Shown here piece by piece: positions 8,812-15,674 of a stretch of DNA of 32,000 nt (position 1 is the stretch's first letter; each line of letters begins with the position of its first letter). The stretch lies in NCBI RefSeq assembly GCF_001564455.1, contig NZ_CP011391.1, positions 30,001 through 62,000 on the forward strand. Reading direction: 5' to 3'. Origin of the DNA: Faecalibaculum rodentium (lineage in GTDB: Bacteria; Bacillota_I; Bacilli_A; Erysipelotrichales; Erysipelotrichaceae). The position numbers and the translations under genes were made by a program. A model generated the notes under the pieces. The model saw only the letters and a program-made list of their open reading frames with translations, did no database searches and was not told the DNA's origin.

Positions 8812-10344
8812 ATGAAACGAGCTCTCATCAGCGTATCGGACAAGACAGGACTGGGGGATTTTGCCCGGGGACTGGAAGAACTGGGGTATGAAATCATTTC
8901 CACGGGCGGTACAAAACGGGCCCTGGAGGAAGCGGGTCTGAATGTCATCGGCATTTCCGATGTGACAGGGTTCCCGGAAATCATGGATGGCCGGGTGAAG
9001 ACGCTGCATCCGAATGTCCACGGCGCCCTGCTGTGTGTCCGGGACAATCCCGAGCATGTGAAGCAGATCCGGGACCTGGGGATCCAGGACATCGACATGG
9101 TGGTGGTGAATCTGTATCCCTTCCGGGAAACGGTGCAGAAACCCGGCGTATCTCATGAAGAGATCATAGAAAACATCGACATCGGTGGCCCGAGCATGCT
9201 GCGGTCGGCGTCCAAGAACTACCGGTTCATTCCCGTGATCTGCGATCCGGCGGATTATGAGCAGGTGCTGCAGGAGCTGCGGGAAAACGGCGAGACAGCT
9301 GCTGAAACCCGGGAACACCTGGCGGCGAAGGTCTTCCGGCACACTGCACGGTATGATGCGATGATTGCGGATTACCTGACGAAGAAAACCGGCGAACAGT
9401 TCCCGGAGAGCATGACGATCACGTTCGACAAGGTGCAGGATCTGCGGTACGGTGAAAACCCGCATCAGAATGCGGCGTTCTACAAGGGAATGAATCCGCA
9501 GTACTCCCTGGCCAATGCCGTGCAGCTGCATGGCAAGGAGCTGTCATACAACAACATTCAGGACGGCAACGCGGCGATCGAGATCCTGAAGGATTTCCAG
9601 GGACAGCCGGCGGCTGTGGGCCTGAAGCACATGAATCCCTGCGGCGTGGGCATCGGGAACACGATCAGCGAAGCCTGGGACAAGGCCTATGAGGCAGACC
9701 CGGTTTCCATCTTTGGCGGCATTGTGGCGCTGAATGAACCGGTGGATGAGGAACTGGCGGAAAAGCTGTCCAAAATCTTCCTGGAGATCATCATTGCTCC
9801 GGACTTCACACCCGAAGCGCTGGAGATCCTGGAGCGGAAGAAAAACATCCGGCTAATGAAGCTCGACACCACGCTGGAGCCCAGCAACACGAAGAAATAC
9901 ACAAATGTCAACGACGGCCTGCTGGTACAGGACATGGATGTGAAAAGCGTCACGGCAGACGAACTGGAGTGTGTGACGGACAGAAAGCCCACGGAGGAAG
10001 AACTCCGGCAGCTGCTCTTTGGCTGGAAGGTTGTGAAGCACGTGAAGTCCAATGCCATCGTCCTGGTCAAGGACGACATGACGATCGGCGTGGGTGCCGG
10101 TCAGATGAACCGTGTGGGGGCTGCAAAAATTGCCATCGAACAGGCCGGCCCGAAGGCATCCGGGTCGGTTATGGCATCCGATGCGTTCTTCCCCATGCCT
10201 GATACGGTGGAAGCGGCTGCCGCTGCCGGTGTCACGGCCATTATTCAGCCGGGTGGGTCCATCAAGGACCAGCTCTCCATCGATGCATGCAACCAGGCCG
10301 GCATTGCCATGGTATTCACGGGCGTTCGCCATTTCAAACACTGA
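8812..10344 (+). CDS. purH: Bifunctional AICAR transformylase / IMP cyclohydrolase
   Basis: Contains [14 protein letters not shown] (MGS-like domain), [21 protein letters not shown] and GGSIKD. ATG at 8812 is preceded by AAGGAAAGGAA. The track start at 8755 is an upstream in-frame extension without an SD. Confidence 0.95.
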   Translation: MKRALISVSDKTGLGDFARGLEELGYEIISTGGTKRALEEAGLNVIGISDVTGFPEIMDGRVKTLHPNVHGALLCVRDNPEHVKQIRDLGIQDIDMVVVNLYPFRETVQKPGVSHEEIIENIDIGGPSMLRSASKNYRFIPVICDPADYEQVLQELRENGETAAETREHLAAKVFRHTARYDAMIADYLTKKTGEQFPESMTITFDKVQDLRYGENPHQNAAFYKGMNPQYSLANAVQLHGKELSYNNIQDGNAAIEILKDFQGQPAAVGLKHMNPCGVGIGNTISEAWDKAYEADPVSIFGGIVALNEPVDEELAEKLSKIFLEIIIAPDFTPEALEILERKKNIRLMKLDTTLEPSNTKKYTNVNDGLLVQDMDVKSVTADELECVTDRKPTEEELRQLLFGWKVVKHVKSNAIVLVKDDMTIGVGAGQMNRVGAAKIAIEQAGPKASGSVMASDAFFPMPDTVEAAAAAGVTAIIQPGGSIKDQLSIDACNQAGIAMVFTGVRHFKH

Positions 10345-10385
10345 TCTCTGTGATATAAAAAAGTCATCAGAAAGGAGATTCTTTC

Positions 10386-10547
10386 ATGGATAAATATGTA
10401 TGCACAGTCTGCGGGTATATCTACGACCCGGCGGAAGGCGATCCTGACAACGGCGTGGCTCCCGGAACTGCATTTGCAGATATCCCCGATTCCTGGGTAT
10501 GCCCGGTTTGCGGCGTTCCCAAATCCGATTTTGAGAAAATGGACTGA
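10386..10547 (+). CDS. Rubredoxin (53 aa; too short for the supplied ORF track)
   Basis: Own translation: [53 protein letters not shown]. It has two CxxCG knuckles and the conserved YxC..CGYIYD and DxWxCPxCG motifs. Strong SD AGAAAGGAGA lies 7 nt upstream. Confidence 0.9.
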   Translation: MDKYVCTVCGYIYDPAEGDPDNGVAPGTAFADIPDSWVCPVCGVPKSDFEKMD

Positions 10548-10569
10548 TCCCCGGAAGGGATGAAAAAAG

Positions 10570-10601
10570 ACAGGTCTGCAAGTGGTGGACCTGTTTTTTT
10601 T
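10570..10601 (+). terminator. Intrinsic terminator of the pur-rubredoxin unit
   Basis: Perfect 7-bp stem ACAGGTC (10570-10576) / GACCTGT (10588-10594), 11-nt loop, then a T-run through 10601. Confidence 0.75.
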
Positions 10602-11136
10602 GTGTGCCCGGCATGGCATACATCCAGGTGGTGAAAGTCCACTATGGGAGCGTATCATCGCAACCGCTAACCATTAGCTCAAGGCAAGGGGCTCACTGGT
10701 AACAGGAGTTCTGAAAGAAGCCCGGCGGCAAAGTTCCGGCCTGAGGAACACGAACCGCATATAAGGCCACAGACGGAGACGAGCGTGCGAAACAGCGCAA
10801 AGTCGTAATAGTTGCGGATGACTGTCTGGGGTAAATGCGGCAGGTATATGGAATGAAAGATGTATGACCTTACCCGGGGAGGTCCTGCCAGCGAGAGGAA
10901 TCATCAAACCATGATGACCCCCTTCCCGCAGTAATAACGAATGGCAGGAAGTCAGCCGAGGCCATAGTAGCGAAGAAGTCCCTGTAATGGGGATGGAGTG
11001 AAGGGCCGAACGTACAATTTACTGCAAATATCAGGAATGCGTCCTGCACAACAAACCGATAAAGGACAAACCCAGAGAGCCCCTGAAGATGAGTAAGGAA
11101 GGGCAGTGCAGGAACACGTGAAAGAAAGGAGCAGCC

Positions 11137-12486
11137 ATGAACCAGACCAGACTGATACAGCCGGAAGACCTGAGCACACAGGAAATCTTCTCCATGGAGA
11201 ACCTGACCAATGCGTGCAGACAGGTACGGCGAAACAATGGAGCTGCAGGGGTAGATGGAGTCAAAGCCAGAGAACTTCCTGCCTGCCCCGGAGAGTATTG
11301 GGAGCGACTGCGGGAACAGATACTGGGCCGCAGTTATAAACCACTGCCAGCCAAAAGGACCGATATCCCGAAACCGGATGGGAGCCTGCGGGGGCTCAAT
11401 GTCCCGGCTGCCAGAGATAGAGTCATACAGGCCTGTCTGGCAAACTATCTGGATTACAGGAAGGACTTCGAGATGAGCAACAGCTCATACGGGTTCAGGA
11501 AGAACAGGAGATGTGAACAGGCGATACTGAAAGGCCTTGAGTTCATGAACGACGGGTATGACTGGATCGTCGACATCGACCTGAGGAAATTCTTCGACAC
11601 GGTGGACCAGGACAGACTGATACGACTGATAGACAACCTGTTCCATAACAGGGACGTCACGTCGCTGACAAGGAAGTTCGTCAGAGCGGGAGTCATGATA
11701 GACGGAAGGCTTGTCAGGACAGAAAGAGGCATCCCGCAGGGAGGGCCGCTTTCGCCGGTACTGGCCAACATCTATCTGGACCAGGCAGACAAGGAACTGG
11801 AAAGCAGAGGGCTGAGATTCACGAGATACGCAGACGATATGCTCATCTATGTGAAATCGGAAGCCGCCGCCAACAGAGTGATGAAGTCATTCAGCAACTA
11901 TCTTGAAAAGAAGCTGAAGCTGGAAGTGAATGCTTCAAAATCGAAAGTGGCCAGACCGGATGAAGTGAAATATCTGGGGTTTGGCTTCAAAAGGAACAAA
12001 AGGGAATGGAAGGCGATACCGCATGAGAAGTCCATTCATGAGTTCGAGCAGAAGATAATGAAGCTGACAAAACGGAACTGGAGCGTATCTCTTGAGGAGA
12101 GGATTGAAAAAATCAATCAGGTCATCAGGGGATGGAGCAATTATTTCAGGTGTGCATGGCTGTATAAAGAAACGGTGCGCAAACTGGACAGCAAGCTCCG
12201 GAGAAGAATCAGGGCCATCATCTGGAAGCAGTGGAAAAGCATCAGGAAAAAAGAAGAGAGCCTCATCAAACTGGGATGTCCCAGAGACAAGGCTCACTCA
12301 TATGCGTGTGCACGACAGGGATATGTCCGTTGTGCAATCACATTCCTGAACAAGTATATCAGAAATATACACCTGAAAAAGAAAGGCCTTCTATCCATGG
12401 AGGAATACTTCGATACGGTGGCAGTAAGGTTCATGAAAACATTTGTACGAACCGCCCAGTGCCGAACGGCACGCTGGGTGGTGTGA
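11137..12486 (+). CDS. Group II intron reverse transcriptase/maturase (no endonuclease domain evident)
   Basis: Contains NNGAAGVDGV, YGFRKNRRCEQA, DIDLRKFFDTVDQDRL, GIPQGGPLSPVLANIYLD, RYADDMLIYV (YADD) and the X/maturase motif RGWSNYFRCAW. No H-N-H/En region follows domain X. Confidence 0.9.
   Translation: MNQTRLIQPEDLSTQEIFSMENLTNACRQVRRNNGAAGVDGVKARELPACPGEYWERLREQILGRSYKPLPAKRTDIPKPDGSLRGLNVPAARDRVIQACLANYLDYRKDFEMSNSSYGFRKNRRCEQAILKGLEFMNDGYDWIVDIDLRKFFDTVDQDRLIRLIDNLFHNRDVTSLTRKFVRAGVMIDGRLVRTERGIPQGGPLSPVLANIYLDQADKELESRGLRFTRYADDMLIYVKSEAAANRVMKSFSNYLEKKLKLEVNASKSKVARPDEVKYLGFGFKRNKREWKAIPHEKSIHEFEQKIMKLTKRNWSVSLEERIEKINQVIRGWSNYFRCAWLYKETVRKLDSKLRRRIRAIIWKQWKSIRKKEESLIKLGCPRDKAHSYACARQGYVRCAITFLNKYIRNIHLKKKGLLSMEEYFDTVAVRFMKTFVRTAQCRTARWVV
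12451..12482 (+). ncRNA. Group II intron domain V
   Basis: Lower helix of 9 bp: ACCGCCCAG (12451-12459) pairs with CTGGGTGGT (12474-12482), including the wobble G12454-T12479. CG bulge at 12472-12473. Upper helix of 4 bp: TGCC/GGCA. Loop GAAC. The triad CGC (12453-12455) with the central G-U is the class C variant of AGC. Confidence 0.65.
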
Positions 12487-12524
12487 GAGGGTCAGATGAC
12501 ACCTACTCGATTATGAAATGTGCG

Positions 12525-12532
12525 AAATGGGG
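12525..12532. repeat. IS66 target-site duplication, left copy (AAATGGGG)
   Basis: The identical 8-mer is found at 17426-17433, immediately outside the two GTAAGCG termini. Confidence 0.8.
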
Positions 12533-12540
12533 GTAAGCGA

Positions 12541-12549
12541 CGTTAATTA
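12541..12549. repeat. Direct repeat CGTTAATTA flanking the nested ISL3 element, left copy
   Basis: The identical 9-mer occurs at 15132-15140. Eight of these nt are the expected ISL3-type TSD. The register (12541-12548 or 12542-12549) is ambiguous. Confidence 0.75.
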
Positions 12550-12654
12550 GGCACTCCAAAATTGGATAGGGAGGAAGACTAACCCCATCCAAAGATACCT
12601 TAGGGTTTCCGTTACCCTACAGAGCTTTGGAATTTGAACATCACAGTAAGCACT

Positions 12655-12685
12655 CAGGGGCTGTCCACTTTGTGGGCAGCCCCTG
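12655..12685. other. Perfect 9-bp hairpin just past the ISL3 transposase stop
   Basis: CAGGGGCTG (12655-12663) / CAGCCCCTG (12677-12685). There is no clear U-tract on the minus strand, so terminator function is uncertain. Confidence 0.35.
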
Positions 12686-12688
12686 ATT

Positions 12689-14197
12689 CTACTTGTTTTT
12701 CTTCTTTTTCACAGCCTTACTGCCGAACCTGGGCTCCAGAGAATATGTCGCTTTTGGATCGAGCACATACATTACACGATTCCTGAACCTGACCCAGTTG
12801 GTAAAGCCATAGGAATTGTGTTTCATGCACTTGATCATTTTGTTGCGGTTCTCAATGATCCCGTTGTGGAGCCTTACGCTTTTGATCGTATATTCGCTCC
12901 TCCTGTTGACCATGTATTCAACAGTCACTGTGTTGAAGGAATTGAAGATCTCATCTCTCCATTCCTTCATCGTTCTGGAGAATCCGTTCATCTCTTTGAT
13001 GGAACTGTTCCTGAACGCTACATAAGTTTCGTTGAACAGCTGTTCTCCTGCTTTATCATATGTTCCCGACTCATACATGTGAGTCAAAACCCTTTTCAAA
13101 CGCACTGCTTCTTCCAGTTCAGGGTCGATACCCAGAAGAATCTCCCGCAGCTGCAGGAGCGTCATATATTTTTGAAAATGTCGGTTGTATTGTCCTTCTC
13201 TCCCTGGGTCAAAGATATCCAGATCCTCATCTTTTGAGAGGAGCCAGTGGAAATGCTTCAGTACATAATACTGGTCAGAGGTTTTCTGCCAGTCAGCGGA
13301 TATCCTCTGCCAGCACGGATCGTCCCGGTATCTTTCCCTTGGGAAGTCGCTTTCCACGGCCTTCATTTCTTCCTTCAGCCTTTCCCGCCTGGCTCTGGTC
13401 CTGTTCATGACCCGGATCCTGACTTTTGTCAGCCTGCGGGTGAATTCCTGCATCACATGGAACCTGTCCACCACGCCAATGGCGTTGGGGAAGCAGGCTT
13501 TCACCATTTTCCTGTAAGCCGGGTACATATCGAAACAGACCGCTTTGACTCCGAGTCTTTCCTCCTCGGGGATCAGACTCATATATTCAAGCAGTGAAGG
13601 GAGCCAGCGGTTTGGAAGCAGATCCACAGGTGTCTGCTTTTCAAAATCAAGGAGCAGACATACATACTTGCTTCCCTGGGTCTTCATCGCATAGACCTCG
13701 TCTATGCACAGGAGTGACGGTAGCTTCTTCCTGGGGATCTCTACATGGGCGTCGAAGATATTGGACACCGTGGTGGCTGAAACGCAGTATTTGCGGCCTA
13801 CCGAAGCGAAGGTCTGGTTGTAGTCCTTGAGATCCTTCAATATGTCGAATACGACTTTATCCGCGATCTTTCCCTTTTTCTGAACGAAAGGAGAAGGCTC
13901 ATAGTAAGTGCGGTGGCAGGCTGGGCATTTGAACCGTCTGGCATGATAAAGCAGGATACAGTCCCTGCCAGCTCCATCCGCATATTTGATCTTCTTTGGG
14001 ATATATTCCTTCACCCTGGGATGCGGGCAACCGCAGTCAGGGCAAGGATCGTGATCATTGGTGAGAATGACACGCAGTATAGGTCGTTTGTCGGACTGCC
14101 TGGTATAGCTGATGTCCTCGATCTCACCTGGTTCCAGCCCGAAAAAGTCCACCATGAATTCTTTTTCTGCATTCAACACGGTATTCCTCCTGTTCAC
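12689..14197 (-). CDS. ISL3-family transposase
   Basis: 502 aa. N-terminal Zn finger CPDCGC...RRFKCPACHRTY. Contains IDEVYAMK..YVCLLLD, DMYPAYRKMV, VVDRFHVMQEF and a C-terminal NGIIENRNKMIK (DDE_Tnp_ISL3 pattern). The GTG start overlaps the upstream ORF stop (GTGA). Confidence 0.9.
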   Translation of the reverse strand: MNRRNTVLNAEKEFMVDFFGLEPGEIEDISYTRQSDKRPILRVILTNDHDPCPDCGCPHPRVKEYIPKKIKYADGAGRDCILLYHARRFKCPACHRTYYEPSPFVQKKGKIADKVVFDILKDLKDYNQTFASVGRKYCVSATTVSNIFDAHVEIPRKKLPSLLCIDEVYAMKTQGSKYVCLLLDFEKQTPVDLLPNRWLPSLLEYMSLIPEEERLGVKAVCFDMYPAYRKMVKACFPNAIGVVDRFHVMQEFTRRLTKVRIRVMNRTRARRERLKEEMKAVESDFPRERYRDDPCWQRISADWQKTSDQYYVLKHFHWLLSKDEDLDIFDPGREGQYNRHFQKYMTLLQLREILLGIDPELEEAVRLKRVLTHMYESGTYDKAGEQLFNETYVAFRNSSIKEMNGFSRTMKEWRDEIFNSFNTVTVEYMVNRRSEYTIKSVRLHNGIIENRNKMIKCMKHNSYGFTNWVRFRNRVMYVLDPKATYSLEPRFGSKAVKKKKNK

Positions 14198-14826
14198 GAT
14201 GTCATCATCGCAGAGGATACGGGGTGAGTCATAAAAGCTGTGTGGAATGGTGGAAAACTTTGTGCGATCTCATATCTAGACATTTGGAAAAGTTGTTTAT
14301 TCCTGTCTTTCCAGGCTAAAAGACACAATTCCTCCAGCGTGGCGTCTAAGAATAGTGAAAGGAAATCAGACCAGTATTGGGCGATGTGTTTGGAGATATA
14401 GCGGATCACGACAGGAGGCAAAGCGTAACGGGCAAGTTCGCACTCTGCCTGACGGAGAGTGCGATCAGGGCCTTTGAACAGGCCGGCCATGACCGCTATC
14501 AGGAATTGTGCCAGCAGCGGAACGCGGGAGAAGGGAACAAGTTCAGCGGGGATGAGGGCATGAGTTTTACCGCATACGGAACATTTTGCACGCTGGATCA
14601 GCACCTCGTCACGAACGCCGTTTACGGGACTTTCGAAACTGCGGAGATAGGAACCATGACGGTACAGCTTACCATCATGGCAATCAGGGCATTTCCTGGT
14701 ACCAGCGAAGAACCTGTTACAAGTTTTTTGATATCCATTCTGGAAAGATGAATTGATTTCAGGGTGATTTCCCGGTACCATGATCATGTCATTAGACAGG
14801 GAGCGGCAGAACTTGACGGCAATCAA
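14194..14826 (-). CDS. IS-borne accessory protein with CxxC...CxxC zinc ribbon, function unknown
   Basis: 210-aa ORF. The putative TTG start is preceded by AAAGGAG 10 nt upstream. Contains CPDCHDGKLYRHGSY...AKCSVCGKTHALIP. Its stop overlaps the transposase start, suggesting translational coupling. Possibly DUF6431-like, but this is from memory only and is not verified. Confidence 0.6.
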   Translation of the reverse strand: MIAVKFCRSLSNDMIMVPGNHPEINSSFQNGYQKTCNRFFAGTRKCPDCHDGKLYRHGSYLRSFESPVNGVRDEVLIQRAKCSVCGKTHALIPAELVPFSRVPLLAQFLIAVMAGLFKGPDRTLRQAECELARYALPPVVIRYISKHIAQYWSDFLSLFLDATLEELCLLAWKDRNKQLFQMSRYEIAQSFPPFHTAFMTHPVSSAMMTS

Positions 14827-15131
14827 TTGGGCTCTGCTCCTTTTTTTTGTTTCATCACAAAGTTCCTGATATCACTGTTTCAGTGACTGGAAGGGGGTAC
14901 TGACTCCCTCCTTAAGCGGAGAACTGCCAAAGTATCTTCATTCAGCCACTTTCACCAATAAACACAGGGAAATCTTCGTTATTCTCTCCCTATAACTCCT
15001 TAATTCAACTATAACAAAACAAGGCAGCTTTAGAACCTCCATGAAGGTTCGGAGCTACCTTTTATGACTTTGGTGATCGACCCTAAGGTCGCTTTATTGA
15101 AGGGGGTGGACCCTGTCCAATTTTGCGTATT

Positions 15132-15140
15132 CGTTAATTA
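15132..15140. repeat. Direct repeat CGTTAATTA flanking the nested ISL3 element, right copy
   Basis: Identical to 12541-12549. Followed by CCCATCT, which continues the IS66 left IR. Confidence 0.75.
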
Positions 15141-15152
15141 CCCATCTATGAC

Positions 15153-15193
15153 AAATCCCTCCGTAGCGGGACAATACCGGCACGGAGGGATTT
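15153..15193 (+). promoter_or_regulatory. 12-bp perfect hairpin that sequesters the tnpB Shine-Dalgarno sequence (also terminator-like)
   Basis: AAATCCCTCCGT (15153-15164) pairs with ACGGAGGGATTT (15182-15193). The 3' arm contains GGAGG (15185-15189), 7 nt upstream of the tnpB ATG at 15197. The stem runs into TTTT. Confidence 0.5.
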
Positions 15194-15196
15194 TAC

Positions 15197-15550
15197 ATGA
15201 CTGGACTTGATGATATTTCCCGATTATACCTGGTCACTGAACCTGTGGACTTTCGCAAAGGCATAGATGGACTGGGTACATACGTCCAGTCGATCCTGAA
15301 CACTGATCCATTCCAGAATGCAATGTTCGTCTTCACCAACAAACGACACAACAAGCTTAAGCTCCTCCATTATGACGGTACAGGGTTCTGGCTCCTTCAC
15401 AAGCAGCTGAGCAAAGGAACCTTCAAATGGCGGATGAGTTCCCCGGATCCGTTTCTGCAGATCTCCCCACAGCAGCTGGACTGGCTTTTGGAAGGACTGG
15501 ACATAAACCAGAAGCGGGCTTTCAGGCATGTGATGCCTCAATATATCTAG
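15197..15550 (+). CDS. tnpB: IS66-family accessory protein TnpB (IS66 Orf2)
   Basis: 117 aa. LYLVTEPVDFRKGIDGLGTYVQ...FVFTNKRHNKLKLLHYDGTGFWLLHKQLSKGTFKW is the IS66 Orf2 signature. Confidence 0.9.
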   Translation: MTGLDDISRLYLVTEPVDFRKGIDGLGTYVQSILNTDPFQNAMFVFTNKRHNKLKLLHYDGTGFWLLHKQLSKGTFKWRMSSPDPFLQISPQQLDWLLEGLDINQKRAFRHVMPQYI

Positions 15551-15674
15551 ACAGATTTCCTGATCCCTGACCGTTTTCAGTCATATCGAATGAACCATTT
15601 CTGGAACTGTGAGCATAATAATTATTTAAGGCATTTCAGTTTGCCCCTTTTCCTCTTTATCCTATACTTTTGCC

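Larger units (their letters stand above)
10602..12511 (+). mobile_element. Group II intron, bacterial class C-like (3' boundary +/- 3 nt)
   Basis: Starts GTGTG at 10602, directly after the terminator T-run. About 535 nt of non-coding RNA precede an RT/maturase ORF. Domain V lies at 12451-12482. A domain VI-like hairpin lies at 12487-12508 with bulged A12505, followed by GAT ending at 12511. Confidence 0.8.
12550..15132 (-). mobile_element. ISL3-family insertion sequence (~2.6 kb), boundaries +/- 1 nt
   Basis: The left end GGCACTCCAAAATTGGATAGGG and the reverse complement of the right end GAATACGCAAAATTGGACAGGG share the core CAAAATTGGAYAGGG. Further subterminal matches occur inward, for example ACCTTAGGGT at both ends. 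Encodes an ISL3 DDE transposase. Flanked by the CGTTAATTA direct repeat inside the IS66 left IR. Confidence 0.75.

Noticed and set aside
12520-12524. GTGCG, the canonical group II 5' motif, just after the intron, suggesting a tandem second intron
   Set aside because: With the IS removed, only about 125 nt remain before padR. There is no second RT ORF or domain V. A 5-mer match is expected by chance.
14830-14862. 10-codon mini-ORF (MKQKKGAEPN) immediately upstream of the ISL3 accessory gene
   Set aside because: It is too short to support as a gene from sequence alone. It is mentioned only as context in the ISL3 finding.
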